From: an uncultured Chlamydiales bacterium
GTDB taxonomy: Bacteria; Chlamydiota; Chlamydiia; Chlamydiales; Rhabdochlamydiaceae
NCBI GenBank assembly: GCA_963700985.1
Contig: OY969554.1
Coordinates: 416,001 to 480,000 of the forward strand
Reading direction: 5' to 3'
DNA length: 64,000 nucleotides
Part shown: piece by piece, positions 30,501 through 39,752 of the stretch
How the letters are laid out: each line of letters opens with the position of its first letter
Position numbering within the stretch: the stretch's first letter is position 1
Made by a program: the position numbers and the translations under genes
Notes under the pieces: model-generated
The model's input: only the letters and a program-made list of their open reading frames with translations
Database searches by the model: none
What the model was told of the DNA's origin: nothing

Positions 30501-31982
30501 TTAAAGAGAATTTGGTGGAGTAAGTTCGTCAAAGGGGGAGATCGCATAGACGACGATCTCGCTCGCACGGCCATGCAGAGGAATTGGACCCAAACGTTTG
30601 GATTTAAATAGATTAGGAGGAAGGGCATTAAAGGTTTCTTCACTGATCAAAATAGAAGTTTTTAAAGCTTTGGTTGCAAATTCTAGCCGTGACGCTACGT
30701 TTACAGTGTCTCCAATGGCAGTATATTCTGTGCGGATTACCGAACCGATGTTGCCCACCACAGCATAGCCGGTGTGAATTCCAATACCCATTTCGATGCG
30801 TGGACGCCCCTCTTTTTCCCATCGATCACATAGCTTAACCATCTCTTTTTGCATTTCTAATGCGGCGGATACAGCATTGATCTCTTGTCGCGGATCTTCT
30901 AAGGGCGCGCCGAATTCGACCATCATGCCGTCGCCTAAAAACTTGTCTAGCGTGCCATTATTACGAAAGACCGCTTCGATCATCTTCTCGAAGTATTCAT
31001 TTAAGATGCCCACAACCTGCTCGGGCGGCAGTTGTTCGGATAGTGTTGTAAATTGGCGAATATCGGAAAAAAGCACGGTAATTTTTCTTCGTTCGCCTTG
31101 GAGTTTTAAGTAAGATTCAGATTGCAAAAGTTTTTCAAGAGCATGTTGTGAGACGTAACGTGCAAAACCCGTTTTAAGCCTTTCACGTTCTTCAAGCCCA
31201 CGTGACATGTCATTGATTGCCAGAGCAAGTTCATTAAATTCATCATGCGTCTTTAATGTCACACGTGCGCCTAAATTGCCTCCTTCGATCTGCTTAACGC
31301 AATCATACAGCGCATGCAGAGGACGCGTGATTCCACGCGCCAAAAGGTAACCTAAGGTAATCGATACAGAAGAAGAGATGCAAAGCGCCGTAATTCCGAA
31401 CATGAGCAGCTTATGCAGTAAGACAATGATGTCGTGCGCTTGAATATCCGCCTCAACACCGCCTACGATATGACCTTTACTATCCAGGATGGGCGCGCTG
31501 GCCATAAGCCAATCGCCTTCCGGATCACGAATAAACTCTTTAGGAGCAAAATAGGATCGAAAATGGTGCAAGAGATTGTAACTTGGGGCTTCGAGGTAGA
31601 CATCGCCTGGGTAGGAGTAGTCTTTCCCGCCCTCTTCCGTATCTACTCCGTATAAGAATTGTTCTGGATCTTTTTCAGATTGCCAAAAGGTATAGAGCCA
31701 TTTTACATAGACATCGCTCCGGCGGTTTGCATCGCGCGCTTTCTGCAGTTGCTCTCGCAACATGGCATACTCAGGAAGATTTACATCTTCTTTTTTGCGA
31801 ATTTTAGCTACCGCGTCGCCATCCAAAAGCGCAGCCGTAGTGGCTGCAATGGACAAGACCTTACTGCTATACTCGTTAATGAATTGTTCCTTTGTCTCTT
31901 TATAAACAACACCCAAAGCCAAAAGAATGCTGATAAAAGAGATGCTCAGAAGGGCGAGATAAAGTTTGGTACGATAGCGCAT
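30501..31982 (-). CDS. Membrane class III adenylate cyclase with periplasmic sensor and HAMP
   Basis: Two TM segments, HAMP (DEFNELALAINDM), FSDIRQFT, DKFLGDG, EYTAIGDTVNVASRLE. Confidence 0.88.
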   Translation of the reverse strand: MRYRTKLYLALLSISFISILLALGVVYKETKEQFINEYSSKVLSIAATTAALLDGDAVAKIRKKEDVNLPEYAMLREQLQKARDANRRSDVYVKWLYTFWQSEKDPEQFLYGVDTEEGGKDYSYPGDVYLEAPSYNLLHHFRSYFAPKEFIRDPEGDWLMASAPILDSKGHIVGGVEADIQAHDIIVLLHKLLMFGITALCISSSVSITLGYLLARGITRPLHALYDCVKQIEGGNLGARVTLKTHDEFNELALAINDMSRGLEERERLKTGFARYVSQHALEKLLQSESYLKLQGERRKITVLFSDIRQFTTLSEQLPPEQVVGILNEYFEKMIEAVFRNNGTLDKFLGDGMMVEFGAPLEDPRQEINAVSAALEMQKEMVKLCDRWEKEGRPRIEMGIGIHTGYAVVGNIGSVIRTEYTAIGDTVNVASRLEFATKALKTSILISEETFNALPPNLFKSKRLGPIPLHGRASEIVVYAISPFDELTPPNSL

Positions 31983-32077
31983 GGTCTAGGAGTACTCCTA
32001 GATTGCACTGTAAGGGGAAGGTCTCTTTTTTGCAAATAGACCCTTCTCTAAAAGATCATGGCTTTAGGACAGCGTGT

Positions 32078-33502
32078 CTAAGCGGCACCACTTGCGGCAT
32101 AGCGCTTATTTTTTTGTGTGACGAGATCGAAAAACTTATCTCGGTTCACACGAGCCAGCAAGCTTACATCTCTTGAGATCTTCTCTAAGCCATCGGCGAT
32201 GTTTGGCTGAGCTCCGCCACGAGGCGTTGTGATGATGGAAACCATCAGAGCGATGAAATGAGCTGCATTTGGATTCGTGCGCTCAAGCGCCTCAAAAGCA
32301 GCTTTTATAGCGTTCAAGTTTTCAACCGTATGTGTAGCAGGAGTGTTGTATACTTTTTGCACTCTAAAGAATTGATAAACTAACGGATCGATGCAGAATG
32401 GGGTAATTGTTAAATTATTCCAGGGGCGAACTCTTGGTTCCGATGGATCCACAGCTTCATAAGAAGTGCGCTTCGCTAAGAAGGCCGCGGCATCGTCTAA
32501 GTTATGAAAATGTTTGGCGCAGGCTTTGTGTGTGCCATTGACTAATTTGTCGTGAGAATCGAAATAGACGATTTCTTGAATCTTACTTTTATCATCTGGA
32601 TTTCTATAAATGATAATCCCAAAACTTTCGAATCGACCATTCGTAAACCCGCCATAGACAGTGTGTTGATCAGGTAGTTTTGCTTGAAGCTCGATTAGCT
32701 TGTTTTTAAAGGAGACCGAATCAGGTGTTTCACTGCTTAACTCCATAGAAAAAGGCACTTCTTGAACTAGGAATGGAAAAAGTTGTTGGAGATTCTCACC
32801 AAAGTCAGCAAAGTCTACCAGATCTTCTTCGTTGAGTTCATCAGCACTTTGATCCACATTTCTAGCCCGGACCTCAGCCATTTTTTGCTGACCATGGATT
32901 AAGCTTCTGTCGATAAAATCTGTGTCGATATGACTGCCATCTCTATACAGCAGAGCTTGCTGAGCAAATTCTAAATTAATGGCCGTACATGCGAGTTTAT
33001 AATTCTTACTTGCGGGGCCTGGTGCTAAAACTAAAGGCGTGCTGGTTTGGCTCCAACTGCCGGTAATGGTCTTGAACCCAAAAGTAGGTGGGAGGGGATT
33101 TCCTGTGGTGCGAGTAAGAGTTGAGAAAAGTGTTTGAAAATGGCGTTTAGCCGCTTTCCCGATTTTAAGCTGCACAGAGAGTGGGGCTGATCCATGAGCT
33201 GAAGACGTTGGTGTGTAAGTTGCCCTACCCGTGCCGAGATCGAAATCGATTTCACTGATCTGGTCGCGTTTAAAATCGATGTTATCTTTTTCAAGCCCAA
33301 TCATTAGATCTTCAATTTTGGCAGCGCAGATCTCATTCCATTCTTCTTGAGTATGGGCCATGCGTCGATCGTCGCGCATGTGCGTAATGTAAAAGCGATT
33401 TTCGCCAATGGTGACATAAACGCCCTCCATTAAACCCAAAGCGGCAGGGGGAGCAGGTGCGCTTTTAAGAGACGGATTAACTGAGGTAGATGATGTAGAC
33501 AT
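32078..33502 (-). CDS. Candidate VTD (herpes tegument-like) deubiquitinase effector
   Basis: LACTAIN Cys motif and downstream IVYFDSH motif; Ser/Thr-rich N-terminus MSTSSTSVNPS. Confidence 0.55.
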   Translation of the reverse strand: MSTSSTSVNPSLKSAPAPPAALGLMEGVYVTIGENRFYITHMRDDRRMAHTQEEWNEICAAKIEDLMIGLEKDNIDFKRDQISEIDFDLGTGRATYTPTSSAHGSAPLSVQLKIGKAAKRHFQTLFSTLTRTTGNPLPPTFGFKTITGSWSQTSTPLVLAPGPASKNYKLACTAINLEFAQQALLYRDGSHIDTDFIDRSLIHGQQKMAEVRARNVDQSADELNEEDLVDFADFGENLQQLFPFLVQEVPFSMELSSETPDSVSFKNKLIELQAKLPDQHTVYGGFTNGRFESFGIIIYRNPDDKSKIQEIVYFDSHDKLVNGTHKACAKHFHNLDDAAAFLAKRTSYEAVDPSEPRVRPWNNLTITPFCIDPLVYQFFRVQKVYNTPATHTVENLNAIKAAFEALERTNPNAAHFIALMVSIITTPRGGAQPNIADGLEKISRDVSLLARVNRDKFFDLVTQKNKRYAASGAA

Positions 33503-33686
33503 AGATGTTTATTCTAATTGTATTGTTTAATTTTAAATTAATTATATAACATCCTCTCATAATTTACAATCATTATCTAAATCTATTGCTTAATAGGTAA
33601 CTCATTCATTGTCAGTGACTTGTGAGTGACAATAAAATTAATGTTGATAGAGTTAAGTCACTCATTTACAGTGTGAAATAACAAAG

Positions 33687-34376
33687 ATGAAATCGCTCTT
33701 AACTCTACTTATTTTTCTTCTCGCCGCAGAGGGATCTTTAGAAGCCCGCAGTGTGCTTATCTCTAAAAATATCAATTATTTAGAAGAGATTGAATTTCAA
33801 GGGGTTGGGAAGATAATTCTCCTGCAAGGTAACCATAGTAGTGTCCAGATTGAAGGGGATGAAGAGATCATCCATGACACGAAAGTCAAAGTGCAAAGTG
33901 GCATTCTCAAAATCACCCGCAAAGAAAACGCCTTTAAACAGCCTTCCCCCACACTCGTGTGCACCATCACAACTGAAAGCGACCTAAATAAGATTATTCT
34001 CAAAAGCGATGCTCGGCTTCAAACCGAAAAGCTTAAATTGTCAGATCTTCAAATCGATCTGCATGATCGCTCTTCTGGCGAAGTCTCTCTTGCTGGCAAA
34101 AATTTGCTCTGCCGACTTTCAGACAAAAGCAGTTTAACAATGTCAGGTGAAGTCAAAAATCAAGAAGTGCTGGTTGAAGATTTTGGCCGCTATCAAGCAT
34201 CGGCGCTAGGATCTCGCGATTGTGAAGTAAAAGTGACGGGAAGTGGACAAGCCGAAGTGCAGGCGGATGAGAAACTTGCTGCGTTCGCCTCAGGCCAGGG
34301 TGTGATTTATTATTCTAAAGAGCCCATGCACCTCACAAGGCGAGTTTCCGGCCTTGGACAGATTTTAAAGAGGTAA
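33687..34376 (+). CDS. DUF2807 (head GIN domain) protein
   Basis: Signal peptide; beta-solenoid repeats ending ASGQGVIYY...VSGLGQI. Confidence 0.75.
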   Translation: MKSLLTLLIFLLAAEGSLEARSVLISKNINYLEEIEFQGVGKIILLQGNHSSVQIEGDEEIIHDTKVKVQSGILKITRKENAFKQPSPTLVCTITTESDLNKIILKSDARLQTEKLKLSDLQIDLHDRSSGEVSLAGKNLLCRLSDKSSLTMSGEVKNQEVLVEDFGRYQASALGSRDCEVKVTGSGQAEVQADEKLAAFASGQGVIYYSKEPMHLTRRVSGLGQILKR

Positions 34377-34377
34377 G

Positions 34378-35094
34378 ATGAGTTTCATTCCAAGGGCTTT
34401 GACCTTAATCATCTTGAGCATTCTTCCCGCTTTCGTATGCTTTTCAGAACAAACCGCACCTCTGCAAGAAAAAGTTATCAATCTTCACGATATCGATAAG
34501 CTGCTCTACCGTGGAAATGGCATTTTGATCATAGAACAAGGACCAATTCCCAAAGTTATCTTAGATGGAAGCGCGGATGAGGTCGCAAACACCTCGATTG
34601 TCTTGACCGATCATACGTTAGTGGTAAAAGAAAAGAGAGGCTTTCTCGATTTTTTTCGTTCTCGACCCTCTACCATTAAATGCACAGTTGTTCTCGAAGA
34701 TCTGGTCTCCTTCACGCTTGAAGGTGATGCAAACGTACGCATGCATAAGTTCAAAGCAAACGATCTGGAGTTAGTCATAAGAGATAATGCTGAATTGCAT
34801 ATTCAGGTAGAAGCCAATGGCCTTTCTACTTTTCTTATTCGTGACGCCGAAATATTTCTGGATGGACGCGTAGGGAATCAGCGCGTGCTCATCAGCAACG
34901 GCGGGCTTTATCGAGCCAAAGATTTGAAAAGCGAAGGTGCTCAGATCACCATCGAAGGTTCTGGAATGGCCTATGTAAGTGTGACTAACAACCTAGATGT
35001 GACCATCACAAACAACGGAATAGTTAGCTATAACGGCACTCCCAAAAAAATCCAGAGCCATATCACTGGCAGCGGTCAACTCATCGAAGAGTAA
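34378..35094 (+). CDS. DUF2807 (head GIN domain) protein, tandem paralog
   Basis: Signal peptide; IEGSGMAYV, GIVSYNGTP, ITGSGQL. Confidence 0.75.
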   Translation: MSFIPRALTLIILSILPAFVCFSEQTAPLQEKVINLHDIDKLLYRGNGILIIEQGPIPKVILDGSADEVANTSIVLTDHTLVVKEKRGFLDFFRSRPSTIKCTVVLEDLVSFTLEGDANVRMHKFKANDLELVIRDNAELHIQVEANGLSTFLIRDAEIFLDGRVGNQRVLISNGGLYRAKDLKSEGAQITIEGSGMAYVSVTNNLDVTITNNGIVSYNGTPKKIQSHITGSGQLIEE

Positions 35095-35178
35095 TTCTTC
35101 CTCTTAAATAATCGATCTTTGGTGTAAATCTCTTTCATAAGCTATTCTTCAAGGTTTTCAACTTGTGATATTAAGAAA

Positions 35179-35757
35179 ATGAACAAAAAAACAGAAAAAC
35201 TGCTATGTCGCTGCGCATGGGTTCCACCTGGCAACGCGTTATATGAAGCCTATCACGATACAGAGTGGGGCGTGCCCGTGCACGATGATCAGAAGCATTT
35301 TGAGTTTCTGATTCTGGAAGGCGCGCAAGCTGGCTTGAGCTGGCTTACCATTCTTAAAAGACGCGAAGGCTATCGCAAAGCATTTGCCAATTTTGATCCT
35401 AAAAAAGTGGCGAAATTCAGCGAAGCCAAAATGGCTGAACTCCTTCAAGATGAAGGGATCATTCGCAATCGTTTAAAAATTGCCTCAGCAGTTAATAACG
35501 CTAAACTTTTCCTGGAAATTCAAGCTGAATTTGGCAGCTTCGATAAGTATATATGGCAATTTGTTGGTGGTAAAACCATCCAGAATAAGCGCCAAAGTAT
35601 CCGCGAGATCCCGCCAGAATCCAAAGAGTCTCGAGCTTTAAGTGCAGATTTAAAGAAAAGAGGCTTCAAATTCGTAGGCTCTACTGTGATGTATGCCCAC
35701 ATGCAAGCCACGGGCTTAATCAATGACCACACCATCGACTGCTTCCGTTATAATTAA
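35179..35757 (+). CDS. tag: DNA-3-methyladenine glycosylase I
   Basis: RCAW, YHDTEWG, LEGAQAGLSW, IIRNRLKI, GFKFVG, NDH...C. Confidence 0.94.
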   Translation: MNKKTEKLLCRCAWVPPGNALYEAYHDTEWGVPVHDDQKHFEFLILEGAQAGLSWLTILKRREGYRKAFANFDPKKVAKFSEAKMAELLQDEGIIRNRLKIASAVNNAKLFLEIQAEFGSFDKYIWQFVGGKTIQNKRQSIREIPPESKESRALSADLKKRGFKFVGSTVMYAHMQATGLINDHTIDCFRYN

Positions 35758-35776
35758 AAGAAAACAGGTAAAAGAA

Positions 35777-35901
35777 AACAGGATCCGCTTCGCTAGCAAG
35801 ATCGCCGCATTCGCGTCGGCTGGATAAGTAGGATCATGAGGGAAGCTTTTTTTATCATGCTTATCCTGTCGGCGCTATGCGCCGATCCTGCATATCCTGT
35901 T
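35777..35901. repeat. ACAGGAT-family palindromic repeat
   Basis: AACAGGAT...GGATAAG...CTTATCC...GATCCTGCATATCCTGTT between convergent tag and glmS. Confidence 0.65.
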
Positions 35902-35953
35902 AATCTTTTTAATTAAAGTTGCTTCGTGCGGGCAAGGCAATTTCGAAAGAGAT

Positions 35954-37786
35954 TTATTCGACAGTGACAGATTTGGCGAGATTGCGCGGTTGATCGATGT
36001 CGGTTCCGCGTTTCTTGGCGATGTAATAAGCGAAAAGTTGCGCTGCAATAGAATAGGGAATGCAGGCTAGCTCATCAATAATCGGAGGCAGCAGAATCAG
36101 ATCATCGGTGACAGATTCAATGTCTGGAGCATCCGCAGGCGCAAATGCAACAATCGGTGCGCCACGTGCTTTAACTTCCATGAGGTTGCTGAGCATTTTC
36201 TCATAAGTGCGCTTATTGCCGCACATGCCGATAACAGGCAGATTTGGATTCACCAGAGCAATAGGCCCGTGCTTCATTTCGCCAGCTGGATAACCTAGGG
36301 CATTGAGGTAGCTGATTTCTTTGAGCTTTAAGGCGGCCTCTAGGCTGGTGGTAAACATGTAGTGGCGGCCGAGGAAGAAGAAATTCTCATACCCTGCATA
36401 CTTGTCGGCGATGCGTTTGATATCTTCTTTCTGCGCCAAAATCATCTGAATTTTATCTGGCAACTGTTGAAGTTCTGATAAAAAAGCTTGGCCTTCTTCT
36501 TTGCTCATGTGGCGCAAGCGCGCCATTAGCAGTGTAAAGAGCGAGAGAACCGTAAGTTGGCTAGTGAAGGCTTTCGTTGAGCAGACGCTGATTTCAGGAC
36601 CAGCTCGAAGATAGATACAATGATCTGCTTCGCGGGTCAAAGTGGAGTTGCGTACATTGCAAATTCCCAATACTTTGGCGCCTTTGCTCTTTACTTCACG
36701 CACCGCTGCAATTGTATCGAGCGTTTCACCAGATTGGCTAATCGCAATCACTAGCGTGTCTTCGGAAACAATAGGATTTTTATAGCGGAACTCAGAGGCG
36801 ATCTCAGCTTGTGTTGGAATGCGCGCTTTATCTTCCAATAGCGAAGCTGCAATCGAACCTGCGTGCCATGAGGTGCCGCAAGCTAGAATGAGGATACGGC
36901 GCACTGATAGTAACTCTTTTGGAGTGAGTTCTAGGTTTTCGAATTCTGCTGTGCCGTAATCATCGATGAAGCGGTTATGGAAGGCTTGCTGCACTGTGTG
37001 CGGCTGTTCGAAGATCTCTTTGAGCATAAAATGCTCGAAGCCATTTTTAGTGATAACTTGGTTCTCAAGCCCTAGGCGATTCATGGTCACAGAAACAGGT
37101 GCAGAAGTTGAATCAAAGATTTTGACGTGTTCTTGAGTGATCAGGGCAACTTCATTATTACGCAGGAAGACGACATCAAGATCAGAGTTATCAAAAGCAT
37201 TGGCATCGGAGGCTACATAAGCTTCTGTGCGATTTGGATGCAGCCCAATGGCAATCGGGTTTTCGCGCGCGGCAGTAACGATCTGGTCCGGATGGTTTTT
37301 GTGAATGACAGCCAAGCCCCAAAAACCTTGAAGCAGTGCAAGCGCTTTTTGTACGGAAAGTAGAAAGTCTCCCTCGTAAAAATGGGAGATTAACTGCGCA
37401 ATTACTTCTGAATCTGTGTCTGATTGGAAAGAAACGCCCTTTTTTTTCAGCATCTCTCTAAGTGCAATGTGATTTTCGATAATGCCGTTATGCACCACCG
37501 CGATCGAGTTTTGCTGATCGAAATGGGGGTGAGCATTCTCTTTTGTAGGCTTGCCGTGTGTTGCCCAGCGCGTGTGGGAGATGGCAATATCGAGGCTCAT
37601 AGGTAGAGATTGCAGCGCGTCTTCTAAAGCGGCGATTTTACCGATCTCTTTACGTGAGACAAGCTCACCTTCAAAGATGCCCGCCAGACCGGCAGAGTCA
37701 TATCCGCGGTATTCTAACCGGCGTAAGCCTTCAATACAGACTTTTGCTGAGTCACGCTTGCCTAGGTAGCCGAATATGCCGCACAT
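35954..37786 (-). CDS. glmS: Glutamine--fructose-6-phosphate aminotransferase
   Basis: MCGIFG, LEYRGYDSAG, HTRWATHG, SQSGET, PRNLAKSVTVE. Confidence 0.97.
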   Translation of the reverse strand: MCGIFGYLGKRDSAKVCIEGLRRLEYRGYDSAGLAGIFEGELVSRKEIGKIAALEDALQSLPMSLDIAISHTRWATHGKPTKENAHPHFDQQNSIAVVHNGIIENHIALREMLKKKGVSFQSDTDSEVIAQLISHFYEGDFLLSVQKALALLQGFWGLAVIHKNHPDQIVTAARENPIAIGLHPNRTEAYVASDANAFDNSDLDVVFLRNNEVALITQEHVKIFDSTSAPVSVTMNRLGLENQVITKNGFEHFMLKEIFEQPHTVQQAFHNRFIDDYGTAEFENLELTPKELLSVRRILILACGTSWHAGSIAASLLEDKARIPTQAEIASEFRYKNPIVSEDTLVIAISQSGETLDTIAAVREVKSKGAKVLGICNVRNSTLTREADHCIYLRAGPEISVCSTKAFTSQLTVLSLFTLLMARLRHMSKEEGQAFLSELQQLPDKIQMILAQKEDIKRIADKYAGYENFFFLGRHYMFTTSLEAALKLKEISYLNALGYPAGEMKHGPIALVNPNLPVIGMCGNKRTYEKMLSNLMEVKARGAPIVAFAPADAPDIESVTDDLILLPPIIDELACIPYSIAAQLFAYYIAKKRGTDIDQPRNLAKSVTVE

Positions 37787-37889
37787 GGAGGAGTAGATGG
37801 GGTTTTTAGATTTCTAATTTGGGACTGTAGCAGAAATGCATATAAATGTTAATGATAGGTTAAATTCAAAAAATTTTTAAGGGTTGTAT

Positions 37890-38393
37890 ATGGTAAAACT
37901 TTCAGCGAAAACCGTCAGCGAATCGGCTGTGCATGAGCACACCTATAAGGTTTTTCCCAATGATCTCAATTCGAATAAGACCGTATTTGGCGGCCTTGTG
38001 ATGTCTATTTTGGATAGAACTGCACTGGTGGTGGCTGAACGGCATAGCAAGCTGACCTGTGTGACCGCATCCGTGGACGCCATGCATTTTTTAGCCCCCG
38101 CTAAAGAAGGAGATATTCTACTCTTCGGTGCCTCGATCAATCGCGTCTGGCGCACCTCTATGGAAGTAGGTGTAAAGGTGATGAGCGAGCACTATCGAAC
38201 CGGAGAAAAAAAGCATATCCTTTCAGCATACTTCACTTTCGTCGCAGTAGACGAAAATGGTAAGCCCGCCCCCGTGGCGCCCATTACCCCTCAAACTCCA
38301 CTTGAAAAACGCCGCTATGCTGAAGCCGAAGATAGGCGCATGCGTAGGCGTTCAGCTGCTGAAGAGCGCAAACGCAAGCGCGAAGAATTCTAG
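37890..38393 (+). CDS. Acyl-CoA thioesterase (YciA/hotdog family)
   Basis: PNDLNSNKTVFGG, VTASVD, TSMEVGV, FTFVAVD; likely ATG at 37890. Confidence 0.88.
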   Translation: MVKLSAKTVSESAVHEHTYKVFPNDLNSNKTVFGGLVMSILDRTALVVAERHSKLTCVTASVDAMHFLAPAKEGDILLFGASINRVWRTSMEVGVKVMSEHYRTGEKKHILSAYFTFVAVDENGKPAPVAPITPQTPLEKRRYAEAEDRRMRRRSAAEERKRKREEF

Positions 38394-38416
38394 TCTAAGA
38401 AAACTTGCCGGAGTTC

Positions 38417-38460
38417 TTTTTTTTGGAGTGCGCGTGACTTGTCGCACGCACTCCAAAAAA
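38417..38460. terminator. Hairpin between convergent genes, possible terminator
   Basis: T8-GGAGTGCG...CGCACTCC-A6 between the thioesterase and the F-box-LRR gene. The T/A runs are in the reverse of the usual terminator order and extend the stem instead. Confidence 0.45.
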
Positions 38461-38466
38461 GAGTAC

Positions 38467-39738
38467 CTACAGTCTTAGAGCTGTTCGCTGTTTTTTTGAG
38501 GCAGGGCCTTCAGGGACATCCAATTCTTGAACCCAAGGCACAAGCTTCAAGATCTCATCTCGATTTAACTTAGGCAGATTAAGATATGGATTACATGCGA
38601 GCAAAAACCGCTCTAGCTTGGTACATTTAGCGATTGCAGGAGATACATACGTAATTCGATTCCAAAAGAGATCCAAAGCTCGCAATTCAAGTAGCATTCC
38701 GCATACGGGTGGCACTTCGGTCAATAAGTTGAAGCTTACATGTAAGGCTGTTAGCTGTTTACAGAGTTGAAGACCTGGATGCAGCTCTGTAAGCTTGTTG
38801 TTACTGATGTCGAGTTTAGTAAGGCTTGTGCAATAGGAGACTGCCATCGGCAACTCGGTGAATAAATTCTCACGAATTTCTAAAGTTTTAATACTAGAAC
38901 AAGCTCCGAGTGTGAGCGCTAGAATCTGAAGTCGATTACCATTAAGTGTTAGAGTTTCTAATTTTGTGCAAGTTCGAATAGCGGGGGTGATGCTTTTGAG
39001 TCTGCAATTTACCACCCTTAACTCAGTAAGCTCCCTGCAATTTCCAAGCTCATCAGGCAGATATGTCATGTACTGACTTGCAAAAGTAATATTTTGTAGC
39101 CCCTTTAAACACCCGACTAAGGGTGAGAGATGCTTTACACCGTAACCACTGAGATGTGTAATCAACCCTAAGTGCTTGCGATTTTTTTGCATCCAGCTAG
39201 AGATCTTTTCCGCTTTTGTGATCAGATCTAGGCCGATTAAACTCTTATCAAATTCCGGGGCAAGAACAAGCGGATGATCAGCCCCAAGCTTTTCGGCGCT
39301 AATTGCACGCTGTGAAAGATAGTGCGATGGGCGCATAACGTAGCCGAAAAGGCGGAGGATATCGCCTGCTCGAGAAGCAGCGGATAACCAAGCTGCATGC
39401 AATCTGCCTTGGGGTGCAGCAGGAAGAGCGGGTTTATCTAATACCCATTTAGCGTTCAAGAACTCGCTATGAATAACGCTCTCATAAAGGTTTTTTACCC
39501 ACTCCTTGTCGGAAGCTGCAGGACCGTTTACAAAAGAAAGCCTACTGCCATTGAAACCCTCAATATGGGGATCTTTTTCACATTCTCTGCGCAGTGCTTG
39601 CCAAAAGCCCTTAAAGATCTCTTCGTTGTTAAGTGCTTTTGATACTGTTCTCATCGCGCTGGCTTCAGGTTGACCCCCAAAACTCGCGACGTTATAGAGT
39701 ATTTCAGTTTTCAATCCTGTAAGCGTAAGTCCTGACAT
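38467..39738 (-). CDS. F-box-like plus leucine-rich repeat protein, candidate effector
   Basis: LKTEILYNVASF...MRTVSK F-box-like N-terminus; about 8 LRRs of 23 aa (e.g. CTSLTKLDISNNKLTELHPGL); basic tail PASKKQR. Confidence 0.7.
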   Translation of the reverse strand: MSGLTLTGLKTEILYNVASFGGQPEASAMRTVSKALNNEEIFKGFWQALRRECEKDPHIEGFNGSRLSFVNGPAASDKEWVKNLYESVIHSEFLNAKWVLDKPALPAAPQGRLHAAWLSAASRAGDILRLFGYVMRPSHYLSQRAISAEKLGADHPLVLAPEFDKSLIGLDLITKAEKISSWMQKNRKHLGLITHLSGYGVKHLSPLVGCLKGLQNITFASQYMTYLPDELGNCRELTELRVVNCRLKSITPAIRTCTKLETLTLNGNRLQILALTLGACSSIKTLEIRENLFTELPMAVSYCTSLTKLDISNNKLTELHPGLQLCKQLTALHVSFNLLTEVPPVCGMLLELRALDLFWNRITYVSPAIAKCTKLERFLLACNPYLNLPKLNRDEILKLVPWVQELDVPEGPASKKQRTALRL

Positions 39739-39752
39739 AGTTTTTCCATTTT

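Noticed and set aside
37787-37889. glmS ribozyme upstream of glmS
   Set aside because: Short AT-rich divergent intergenic region without a recognisable ribozyme core.
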